A stretch of 51,135 bases of DNA from a virus (taxonomy: Duplodnaviria > Caudoviricetes): the IMG/VR virus record IMGVR_UViG_3300045093_000075, positions 1 to 51,135 of that record; one strand, given 5' to 3'. Every line of letters starts with the position of its first letter. Position 1 is the first letter of the stretch. The translations under genes were made by a program, and so were the position numbers. This document shows positions 36,070 to 44,021 of the stretch, piece after piece. The notes under the pieces were generated by a model. It ran no database searches. It saw nothing but the letters and a program-made list of their open reading frames with translations, and had not been told where the DNA came from.

Positions 36070-36374
36070 TGCCCGTCCCCTTCGCCTGATCCGGAGAGCT
36101 CGTACCGATTGATGTCAGATATCGCCTCATCGATCAGATCGCGCAGCGCCAAAAGCGTATTGCGGGCATGGAGGGCCGAACGACCTGCCATATACGGGCC
36201 AGCCGGCGGCAGGGCATCTTGCGGTGCCGCTTCGACATCATGGCCGCGCATACCGGTTTTGACCTCGGCGACACGACCGCCGTTGATGCCGAAATATGCG
36301 GCGATGTCATGCTGCCGGTCGCCTCGTTCCAGCATGCCTTTGACGATCGCGATTTCCTGGGTGTTGAGAGACAT
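36066..36374 (-). CDS. HTH hypothetical protein
   Basis: KGMLERGDRQHDIAAYFGINGGRVAE motif. Confidence 0.75.
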   Translation of the reverse strand: MSLNTQEIAIVKGMLERGDRQHDIAAYFGINGGRVAEVKTGMRGHDVEAAPQDALPPAGPYMAGRSALHARNTLLALRDLIDEAISDINRYELSGSGEGDGQ

Positions 36375-36378
36375 GGAT

Positions 36379-37569
36379 TCAGCCTTCCGCTTCCGCGCCC
36401 CAGGCGTCCCATCCGTCGCGCTGCGCCCGAGCGAACATCTCGAGGCGAGGCACCGTGGGGTAAAGGCGCTCAATGATTTCGTGGAATTGCTCGGGCTTGG
36501 CGCTGTGTGCACCAACCGGTGCCGATATAGCGCTCTCGGGCTGCGTTCCTGGCTCGGGCGCGGGAATCCCGCCACGGGTGCCGATCAACAAAAGCTCATG
36601 CTTGTTGCGCGCCCAATAACCAGTGCCGAGGCGATCCTTCACCCAGATCAGGTGCGACTTGTAGGTGAAGCCCCAAGCCTGCATGACGGACAGAGCTTGC
36701 GGCAACATCGGCGCAGTGGCCCAGAGGAACAGGACACAATCACTCGCCGAGGGCACCGAAAGGGCCTCGATTTCATCGAGGGTCATCGTCGGATAGTGGT
36801 TGTCTGCGGCCCGGTCCATGCCGGTGGTTCGGCTGTAGGGCTCAAAGCGCCAAGGCGGATCGGCGAGGATCACGCCATACCGCTGTTCGCCGAGGCGGGA
36901 GGCGGCTGCCCGGATATTCTCCGCAAGCGCAGCTTCCTTTTGCTGCCGGGTCTGGCCTTTGGCCGCTGCCTTCTCAGCGCGAATAGCCTTGGCCCGCTCA
37001 AGGATTTCCTTTTCGCCACGAGCAACGATCTCGACCTGTTCGGGCTTTGGCAGCGTGGCAATCTCGGCGGCTGCGGAAACCGAAGCTGTTCCAGAATCGA
37101 CGGCAGCGACCAGTTCGGGAGCGCCGTCACGCTCGACCTTCCGCGCTGTCTCGATGGAACGTTCCGAAACGCTCAATGCAGAAGCTACTTCGGAAGTCCG
37201 CAAATTTGCGGAGTTATCCTCGGCAGGCCTATGCGCCGGCATCTTGGCCAGCCTCGCCGCCACCATCGCCCGCTGGCTTTCCGTCAGATGCCGGCGCTTG
37301 AGATTGAGGCTTATGACGAGCCCGAGCGGGTCATCGCCCTCGTATTCGACGCGCGGATACGCAATGCCCAGCTCCCGCGCAGCCATGTAGCGATTGCGAC
37401 CGTCGAGGATCATGCCCTCGTGGAAAACAATAGGCTCACGGACGCCGTGCTGGCGAACGTCCTCGACCAATTCCTTGAAGGCCTCGCCCTCGATCCAAGG
37501 AAAGATGTCGGCATATGGATGCCATTTCGCGCCGTCCTGCGGGACAGATTCGTGCATTACCGCGCTCAT
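36379..37569 (-). CDS. ParB-like N-domain fused to MT-A70 family adenine methyltransferase
   Basis: ILDGRNRY..A and NLKRRHL (ParB-like); ADPPW, LFLWAT, WGFTYKS, HSAKP and LEMFAR (MT-A70). Confidence 0.92.
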   Translation of the reverse strand: MSAVMHESVPQDGAKWHPYADIFPWIEGEAFKELVEDVRQHGVREPIVFHEGMILDGRNRYMAARELGIAYPRVEYEGDDPLGLVISLNLKRRHLTESQRAMVAARLAKMPAHRPAEDNSANLRTSEVASALSVSERSIETARKVERDGAPELVAAVDSGTASVSAAAEIATLPKPEQVEIVARGEKEILERAKAIRAEKAAAKGQTRQQKEAALAENIRAAASRLGEQRYGVILADPPWRFEPYSRTTGMDRAADNHYPTMTLDEIEALSVPSASDCVLFLWATAPMLPQALSVMQAWGFTYKSHLIWVKDRLGTGYWARNKHELLLIGTRGGIPAPEPGTQPESAISAPVGAHSAKPEQFHEIIERLYPTVPRLEMFARAQRDGWDAWGAEAEG

Positions 37570-37862
37570 GCGGCTGCCCTCGCTGCTGGAAGGTCCTCGA
37601 CCGGGATGAACCGCCAGCCATGGGACAACGGATCGGACGGGATGGGATCGTGGTTGAGGCGGTAGCGGGCATAGCGACCGCCGGTGTCCTTGGTCAGATA
37701 TCCGCGCTCGGTCAGCGCCGTGATGACCTCATGGACGCGCGAAGTAGTGGCCAGCTCGAGAAGGCGCGCCAGTTGCCGCATGGAAGGCACCCTGCCCCAT
37801 TGCGCATGATGCGCGCGGATGACGGTGAGCGCCCTGCTCTGCTGTTTGGTGAGGCCGATCAT
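37566..37862 (-). CDS. LexA DNA-binding-domain protein (no peptidase)
   Basis: LTKQQ...I......G..PS.RQLA..L...TSRVH..I.AL.ERGYL. Confidence 0.8.
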   Translation of the reverse strand: MIGLTKQQSRALTVIRAHHAQWGRVPSMRQLARLLELATTSRVHEVITALTERGYLTKDTGGRYARYRLNHDPIPSDPLSHGWRFIPVEDLPAARAAA

Positions 37863-38068
37863 GCGACGGCCTCGGGTTGTAGGGCGGGACCGAAGACGTC
37901 CGGGCGAAGATCGTGCCGAGAAATCCCGGTTGCCGCCTCGACTGCCAAAACGCGATCAGCAGGCACCTGCGTCCATTGCGAAAGCGCGCTGGGCAAAATG
38001 CCAAGGCTTTCCGCAAGCTTCAGCCGCCGGCCTCTCTGTTCGTTCAACCATGTGCGAAGCGTTTCCAT
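37859..38068 (-). CDS. cro: Cro/YdaS-like repressor
   Basis: LAESLGILPSALSQW...VPADR...TGISRHDLRPDVF; divergent from cI. Confidence 0.88.
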   Translation of the reverse strand: METLRTWLNEQRGRRLKLAESLGILPSALSQWTQVPADRVLAVEAATGISRHDLRPDVFGPALQPEAVA

Positions 38069-38074
38069 GCCCCT

Positions 38075-38103
38075 AGTATTCAGTCTGACTGAAATTCAGT
38101 CAA
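38075..38103 (-). promoter_or_regulatory. PR-like sigma70 promoter
   Basis: TTGACT-N17-AATACT ending 6 nt before the cro ATG. Confidence 0.65.
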
Positions 38104-38127
38104 GATGAAATTTTCAGTGGGGCGTTA
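38079..38127. promoter_or_regulatory. OR-like operators (TTCAG-N5-CTGAA)
   Basis: 38079-38093 perfect, 38095-38109 one mismatch, half-site at 38113. Confidence 0.75.
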
Positions 38128-38162
38128 TGGCGGGTAATTTCTGCTCGATCGATAATGGTTTC

Positions 38163-38510
38163 ATGGCCCGCAGAGTCACACCGAACTTCAAACCTGAGCC
38201 CCAGCCCTACTTCTTTCGGGCCTGGCGGAAGCATCGCGGCCTGACGCTCGAGCAATTAGCTGACCGCGTGGATATGGCCCCCTCTTCCATCTCCCAGTTG
38301 GAGCGAGGCCTACAGGGGTTCACTGACAGCACTTTGGAAGCCCTAGCGCATGCACTTCAGTGCAAACCAGGAGATCTGCTATCCAAGGACCCTGCCGCCG
38401 AAGGTCAGGTCGTCGATCTCATGCGTTTGATCGAGCAAAAGGGCGCGCAGGCTAGCGTGTTGGCATTCCTAAACGCGTTGCCGGACAAGACCGGAACTGA
38501 TGGCGGATAG
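38163..38510 (+). CDS. CI-like XRE repressor without S24 peptidase
   Basis: WRKHRGLTLEQLADRVDMAPSSISQLERG HTH; divergent from cro. Confidence 0.88.
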   Translation: MARRVTPNFKPEPQPYFFRAWRKHRGLTLEQLADRVDMAPSSISQLERGLQGFTDSTLEALAHALQCKPGDLLSKDPAAEGQVVDLMRLIEQKGAQASVLAFLNALPDKTGTDGG

Positions 38511-38533
38511 CTAGGGCTTATCTGGAGGGGGGC

Positions 38534-39046
38534 ATGAAACGACTGATCTTCACAGCGGCTATGATCGCTATATCAGCGCCAGCTTATGCTCAGCAGTACG
38601 ACGACCCGGCAGTGGCCGTATGTGAATTCATGATGCTTGGCGGCCAAGTCGCACCCCCGGGATACCAGCGCACCAACACATCGATCGACGGATCAACCGT
38701 ATCCATCGACTACGAAGTCCAAGTCCTGAACATTGCGCCCCGCCAAGCTACATATGCATGCACCTTTTCGGTGAGCGAAGACGGGAAATTCAGCATTGAT
38801 CGACCCCGAAATCCTGAAGCCGATCTATGTTCCGATGGCCACGAAGCCAGGCTTGCCACCTTTCAAGCCTCGCCGGACGGTTCCGAAGAAAAATATCTCG
38901 CCCGCGCGGAGATAGAGCGCTGCCAAAGCATCATGCAAGCGGAACTCGAAGACATGCGCAGGGTGATCAGCGACGTGTTTATGCCGCTGGCCGAAATGGG
39001 GTTGATGTCCATCCGGTCAAGCGAGACGGCGCTGAGCGCACCATGA
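38534..39046 (+). CDS. Secreted protein with four Cys
   Basis: GGAGG RBS; signal peptide ending AYA. Confidence 0.8.
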   Translation: MKRLIFTAAMIAISAPAYAQQYDDPAVAVCEFMMLGGQVAPPGYQRTNTSIDGSTVSIDYEVQVLNIAPRQATYACTFSVSEDGKFSIDRPRNPEADLCSDGHEARLATFQASPDGSEEKYLARAEIERCQSIMQAELEDMRRVISDVFMPLAEMGLMSIRSSETALSAP

Positions 39047-39276
39047 CCCCTGCCCGCTACGTCCAATGCCTCGAGATCCTGCGCTGGTCCAACGAGACAC
39101 TGGCCGAGGCGCTTGGCTGCGATGAAAGCCTGACAGAAGCATGGGCGGTTGGGCTGGCCAAGGTGCCGCCGAAGGCCGGGGCATGGCTTGAGGTGTTGGC
39201 ACTGGCGCACCAGGCGGCCGAGGGTGGCAAGCCGGCCGGTCTCAAGGGGAAGCGGTTTACCGGGCGGGGCTTGTAA
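39043..39276 (+). CDS. Small HTH protein
   Basis: ATGA coupling; WSNETLAEALGCDESLTEAW..G...VP. Confidence 0.65.
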   Translation: MTPARYVQCLEILRWSNETLAEALGCDESLTEAWAVGLAKVPPKAGAWLEVLALAHQAAEGGKPAGLKGKRFTGRGL

Positions 39277-39300
39277 TCGCACTATTTGGGGAAGTGATCG

Positions 39301-39852
39301 ATGGTTGAAATCAAGAAAGTAGCGCATCCCAGCGGCTGTTCCATCTTTGTGATGGGGGAATATCATCCGTGGGGGCTGCATAAGCAGCGAGGCGGAGACG
39401 GCTCGAACTACCCAACATATAGTGGCAAAATACTCGATCTTAAGGAAGATAAGGAGCCGGCCCTTGTCTACTTTCGAGACATCCTGCGCGAGGTCATAAA
39501 GACCAAATATTTTGCCGTTTGCGTGGTGCCTTCACACGATCCGGCTAACGGGCCCGGCGGGATGGCTCACCTCGGGCAAAGGGTGGCCAATGCCATCGGC
39601 GCGCTGGACGGCACTTCCTATTTAGTGAGAACCCAAAAGGTTGAGAAGCTGGCTCACGGAGGGCCAAGAGGTATCGACATTCATCTCAACAGCATCACTG
39701 TGGAATGCCCCCGCAACCTTAGCGGTAGGCGACTGATGATTCTGGATGACGTTATGACAACCGGAAATTCGTTGGTAGCATGTCGGCAACTATTGCTTGA
39801 TGCAGGTGCAGATGAGGTTATCTGTGCCGCGATGAGCCAGACTACCTATTAA
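39301..39852 (+). CDS. Type I phosphoribosyltransferase (ComF/ShosT-like PRTase domain)
   Basis: VVPSH and PRPP-binding MILDDVMTTGNSL motif. Confidence 0.9.
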   Translation: MVEIKKVAHPSGCSIFVMGEYHPWGLHKQRGGDGSNYPTYSGKILDLKEDKEPALVYFRDILREVIKTKYFAVCVVPSHDPANGPGGMAHLGQRVANAIGALDGTSYLVRTQKVEKLAHGGPRGIDIHLNSITVECPRNLSGRRLMILDDVMTTGNSLVACRQLLLDAGADEVICAAMSQTTY

Positions 39853-40588
39853 CCCTCTCGATTACATCTTCCGGGGTTTCCAGCACGGCAACCTTAGGGA
39901 GGCCCAGAAATTTTGCTGGCCACGAGAGCTTCGGGTTTTCTGCTACCGACTTCATAATAAAAAGCCAGCGGCCGAGTCGGGTGCATTCTGCCGCTTGATG
40001 AAGCGTTCCCGAGGTATCCGATGCCTCGACAATGATGCTCGCGTCGGTCAGTTGCGCCATCAGCCTGTTTCTCTTTGGGAAGTCTGACGGGAACGTACGC
40101 TGTCCCGGCTTGAACTGCGAAACAAGCAAGTGGTGTTGCCAAATTTCCTGCTGAATATCAGCGTTCTCAATTGGGTAGCTCTTATCAAGCGGCGTGCCTA
40201 TTACGGCAATGGTCGAGCCGCCAACATCGAGCGCGCCATTGTGGGCGGCTGTATCCACACCCTTGGCGAGACCGCTTGTGACAACGATGCCGGCCTTCGC
40301 CATTTCACGCGCAATCCGGCCAGCCCTTCGGACGCCGTCAAGGGAAACGTCCCGAGCGCCGATCACCGACACACCGGGCCTAAGAAGTAAACTGGCATCA
40401 CCGGCGAGGTAGATTTCCGGCTCAGCCTCTCCGTCTTTTCGAAACAAATCGTTTTGGCCGTCACCAATTGGCCGGCCACAATAATCGAGAAGGTCGCTGA
40501 GTTTCGCGATCTGGATTTCCGAAGGTGGCGTGTAACGCGAGCGTGAACTTCGTGGTTGCGCCAACTCGGCGTGGGTGCCCAACAACAT
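39842..40588 (-). CDS. dprA: DprA/Smf (SLOG) family protein
   Basis: AAGGAGG RBS; VIGAR, VTSGLAKGVDTAAH, FPKRNRLM and IVEASDTSGTLHQA motifs; no C-terminal wHTH. Confidence 0.92.
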   Translation of the reverse strand: MLLGTHAELAQPRSSRSRYTPPSEIQIAKLSDLLDYCGRPIGDGQNDLFRKDGEAEPEIYLAGDASLLLRPGVSVIGARDVSLDGVRRAGRIAREMAKAGIVVTSGLAKGVDTAAHNGALDVGGSTIAVIGTPLDKSYPIENADIQQEIWQHHLLVSQFKPGQRTFPSDFPKRNRLMAQLTDASIIVEASDTSGTLHQAAECTRLGRWLFIMKSVAENPKLSWPAKFLGLPKVAVLETPEDVIERVNR

Positions 40589-40770
40589 CCGCGCCTCCTT
40601 CATTACCTGTCCCTCTGATTGACAATTTACCGTGATTCTGCAAACGGCGGTAGTCAAGGGATTTACGCTGATTTCCCGCATTTTCCCGCTACTGCCTCGC
40701 ATTTCCCTGCGTTTTTCAAATTCAGCTCCGGCACTAGCTCAAACTCTCGCAGCGCCCCGCCCTCCCACCG

Positions 40771-40808
40771 AAAAAAATTATGCCCGCCCCGGTTGTTCCG
40801 AAGCGGGC
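40771..40808 (-). terminator. Intrinsic terminator (possibly bidirectional)
   Basis: Minus strand 11-bp stem GCCCGCTTCGG/CCGGGGCGGGC then ATAAT7; T6 on plus side. Confidence 0.7.
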
Positions 40809-40983
40809 TTTTTTGAGCGCTAGGCAAAGAGCAAGGGCCGACCCAGCGCTTCCGCTGTGGGCGACAGTTACTGGCGCCGGCCCTACCCCAAAGCGGGACT
40901 TGTCCGCCGCAACAGGGTGATCTCGGTGTCTTGAACAAATGCGGCTGTGGTGGGGCTTCTAATCAGAAGACAGGGCCACAGTC
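40771..40983 (-). ncRNA. Candidate structured RNA upstream of dprA
   Basis: Contiguous stems, including a 14-bp G-U-containing stem (40828-40889) enclosing two hairpins; no convincing ORF; family not recognised. Confidence 0.4.
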
Positions 40984-41060
40984 TTAATTGGTAGTTAAAA
41001 TTTCCATTGCCTCTCTTGCCTGGCCATGGTTCCCTCTACGAATAAAGGTTGGGGGAAATC

Positions 41061-41402
41061 ATGAAATATCTTATCGCGACGGTCGCGCTGGCCGCCCTTG
41101 TTTCCGGTTGCGCGAAGCGGCCTGAATCCATTGCTCCGGCATATGTATCGGCCCTGCCCTATCAAAATCTGTCCTGCTCGCAACTCGCCGAGGAGATGGC
41201 TCGAGTGAATGCGGCCTATACCGTTGCGGCCCAGCAGCAGAATGACGCAGCCACTGGTGACGCTTGGGGCGTGTTCCTGATCGGCATGCCAACCTCAACG
41301 CTATCTGGTGCGAACGTGGCTGCCCAAGTTGCCAGCTTGAAGGGACAACAGGAAGCCCTGCACCAATCCGCAGTTCGGAAGAACTGCAATATGGCGGGAT
41401 AG
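41061..41402 (+). CDS. Lipoprotein
   Basis: Lipobox VSGC; YQNLSCSQLAEE...C pattern. Confidence 0.85.
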   Translation: MKYLIATVALAALVSGCAKRPESIAPAYVSALPYQNLSCSQLAEEMARVNAAYTVAAQQQNDAATGDAWGVFLIGMPTSTLSGANVAAQVASLKGQQEALHQSAVRKNCNMAG

Positions 41403-41466
41403 CCAATCCGGAAGGCGCCAGAATCATCGCTTTTTCGACACGGGCGATAGCCAGTAAGGGGGAGAG

Positions 41467-42303
41467 ATGGGGAAATTGGTCGACGGCGACGATGGCCTGC
41501 CGGCGGAGGTCGTGGGCGAATGGTTCGAGGAGAAGCGCCAACTATTATGCGACTATGTCCAGATATCGTCGGCAACCCGAAAGAAGTATCTGCCGCCACC
41601 TCAATACCGCGGCGGAGCGACTTACATCGATCTGTTCTGCGGCCCCGGTCGAGTTTTCCTAAAAGCCTCAGAGCGCTTTGAGGACGGAAGTTGCGTGGGA
41701 GCCTGGAAGCAAAGCCAGTCTAGCGGCGCGCCATTCTCGAAAATTATCATCGGAGATAACGACAGGACACGTCTTGATGCGGCGGAAGCGCGTCTCAAAG
41801 CTTTGGGTGCACCCGTGCAGGCGCTGTACGGCACGGCGGCACAAAACGCGCTTCCAGCAATTCAGAAATCAACTGGCAACGGGCTCAATTTCGCATTCTT
41901 GGATCCGTACAATCTGGCCTCGCTCGACTTTTCCATCCTCTCCACGCTGGCCAAGTTACGGCGCATAGACATTTTGGTCCATGTCAGCCAAATGGACCTG
42001 CAGCGCAACTTCGATCGGAATGCGGTTCAGGATGTTTCCGCACTAGATATTTTTGCACCAGGATGGCGAACTGGCGCGAATACCGAGCGTGCGCAGAAAT
42101 CCGCGCGCCAGGCTTACTTTCAGTATTGGCGAGACAAAGTCTCGGGCCTTGGGATCAATGCCGCAACTGATACTCGGCTCGTAACCGGTCCAGGCAATCA
42201 GCCTCTTTATTTGCTCTTATTGGCCGCGAAACACGATCTCGCGCACCGATTTTGGCAAACGGTCGCGAAGAAGGACGATGGCCAAGGTTCGCTGAGGCTT
42301 TAA
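41467..42303 (+). CDS. tcmP: Three-Cys-motif partner protein (SAM methyltransferase-like fold)
   Basis: VGEW..EK..LL..Y, YIDLFCGPG, DGS, FLDPY and PLYLLL...KH..A..FW motifs; next to DUF5131. Confidence 0.85.
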   Translation: MGKLVDGDDGLPAEVVGEWFEEKRQLLCDYVQISSATRKKYLPPPQYRGGATYIDLFCGPGRVFLKASERFEDGSCVGAWKQSQSSGAPFSKIIIGDNDRTRLDAAEARLKALGAPVQALYGTAAQNALPAIQKSTGNGLNFAFLDPYNLASLDFSILSTLAKLRRIDILVHVSQMDLQRNFDRNAVQDVSALDIFAPGWRTGANTERAQKSARQAYFQYWRDKVSGLGINAATDTRLVTGPGNQPLYLLLLAAKHDLAHRFWQTVAKKDDGQGSLRL

Positions 42304-43046
42304 AGCGTCGCCTCGGGCATTTCGTCAAAGGTTCGATCGCGGTAGGTTCTACCGGTCGCCTTCTTGTTCCTGCCACCCCACTGCTTGAAGAAAAATGCCG
42401 TACCTGCTCTGCGGCAGGCATCGTGAATCTCGTCCACCCACGCCGGGTCCATCGGCCGCGCTTGTGGTCCGCTTTCTCCACCCACGATCGCCCAATGGAT
42501 ATCCATGAGCTCGGCGCCCGCCACACTTCCAATCAGCGGCTCGAATGAGACGAAGCGGACAACCGTCGGCACCTGGCGCAACTCATCGAGGCGCCACAGC
42601 ACTCGGTCGTCCTCGACACTGGTGCCCAGCCAAACGTTCGGCAGGACCGGGAGATCGGGCACGACTTCCGCCATGCGCTCGGGCCGCTTGGTGAGTATCT
42701 GATAGGTGTGGCGCGGCGTGTCGGCCATGACCTGCCAAACTTGGGCAACAAACTCCGCCGGAACGTCGGGATGGAACAGGTCCGACATCGAGTTTACGAA
42801 GACATGGCGCGGCCTTTTCCAAGTCGCCGGCACGCCCAGCGCTTTATGGTCGAGCGCGATCTTGCCGGTCCATTTCGCCCGTCCGCCAGACTTTCGAGTA
42901 AGCCCTGCATACTTTTCGACGCCCATCGCCTCAAGCCGTGCGGCCATGCGCATGGCATAGCAGTTCGTGCAACCGGCCGTCGCAATTGCGCAGCCTGCCA
43001 CAGGGTTCCATGTCGAATCGGTCCACTCGATGGTCGTGTCAGCCAT
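42300..43046 (-). CDS. DUF5131 / Gp37Gp68 family radical-SAM-like protein
   Basis: IEWTDSTWNPVAGC-x6-CxxCYA, FVNSMSDLFH, QILTKRPER, IVGGESG and FFKQWGG. Confidence 0.95.
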   Translation of the reverse strand: MADTTIEWTDSTWNPVAGCAIATAGCTNCYAMRMAARLEAMGVEKYAGLTRKSGGRAKWTGKIALDHKALGVPATWKRPRHVFVNSMSDLFHPDVPAEFVAQVWQVMADTPRHTYQILTKRPERMAEVVPDLPVLPNVWLGTSVEDDRVLWRLDELRQVPTVVRFVSFEPLIGSVAGAELMDIHWAIVGGESGPQARPMDPAWVDEIHDACRRAGTAFFFKQWGGRNKKATGRTYRDRTFDEMPEATL

Positions 43047-43341
43047 GCCGCCCTCCTAAACCGCGAAAACGGTAATTGAGTGATGGTTAAGGTCGAGTAT
43101 CGCGCCTGTCGGCGCTTTTCTCGCGCGCGCAGCTCTAGGCACAGAGTCAGTGGATAACCTCTAGCTCCTGAGCTTGCGGAAGCGCCTACAGGCGCGCTTC
43201 CGATAGGCTTGTTCTCGTGGCCGGCTCGGCATCGGGTGAACCCGTTCGTCGATGGCCGCTATCGCGTCCATCTCCTCACTCACCACCGCTACGACATTGT
43301 CCGCACGCTAGCGCGCATGAAAGGGTGCCGTCAATCAAAAT

Positions 43342-43390
43342 TTCGGTATCACTGAAATTCAGCTTGACTGATTATTTCAGTCGTGCTGAA
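43342..43390. promoter_or_regulatory. OL-like operators and PL -35
   Basis: Three TTCAG-N5-CTGAA matches (43342, 43358, 43376), same motif as OR; TTGACT at 43364. Confidence 0.75.
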
Positions 43391-43467
43391 TTATTCCCAT
43401 CGAAGCCCACCCACGAAGACGGTTCGCCAGATCTGGGAGGGAGCAAACGAAACCGATGGGGACGGAT

Positions 43468-43779
43468 ATGTCCAAGCTCGACCACCACAAGTTCACCGGC
43501 ATCTGGGATCGCAACGGCTGGGTCGATGGCGAGATGTTCGCTGCCGATGAAACCGAAAACCTGCACCGCACCCTGGTTCACTGCGACGGCACCGTTCGCG
43601 TCAAGGAATATTGCTCCGACGAGGACAGCATTCGGGACGTCACCGAGGATGCCGTTCGGGACGCCTTCAACGATGGATGGCTTGAGGATGATCACCCGCT
43701 GGTGGTCGAGCATCTGGGCGAGGTCGAGCCTGCATACAGCGCCGCCGATCAGCGGCGCGAGCTTGGGACATGGTTCTGA
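43468..43779 (+). CDS. Acidic hypothetical early protein
   Basis: First ORF after OL. Confidence 0.7.
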   Translation: MSKLDHHKFTGIWDRNGWVDGEMFAADETENLHRTLVHCDGTVRVKEYCSDEDSIRDVTEDAVRDAFNDGWLEDDHPLVVEHLGEVEPAYSAADQRRELGTWF

Positions 43780-44021
43780 TGCGTCCGAACTATGACCCTT
43801 TTGACTACATCCGTCGCAGCTACAGCGTGCCCGCAAAGCATGGGTCTCGCGTCGAATATTCCGGCGGCGGGAAACTCAAGCGCGGCACCGTAACGGGCGT
43901 CGATGGCGCTCACCTGATGATCCGCATGGACGATGAAAAGGTCTCGCTTCCGTACCACCCGACTTGGGAGCTTCGGTTCCTTGATGGCGCGGACGAGGCG
44001 CAGAGCAAGGACAGGACATGA
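43779..44021 (+). CDS. Hypothetical phage protein
   Basis: YIRRSYSVPA..G.RV...YHPTW motif; TGATG coupling. Confidence 0.75.
   Translation: MRPNYDPFDYIRRSYSVPAKHGSRVEYSGGGKLKRGTVTGVDGAHLMIRMDDEKVSLPYHPTWELRFLDGADEAQSKDRT

Noticed and set aside
35323-37665. 780-aa plus-strand ORF
   Set aside because: Antisense shadow of well-supported coupled minus-strand genes; no protein motifs; expected in high-GC DNA
39301-40588. comF/dprA natural-competence locus
   Set aside because: No zinc finger in the PRTase, no wHTH in DprA, no other com genes; prophage context
40835-40885. HDV-like ribozyme resemblance (GGCCGAC...CTGGCGCCGGC)
   Set aside because: P3 loop only 3 nt, no P1.1/P2 partners, and an A-C mismatch in P1 on this strand
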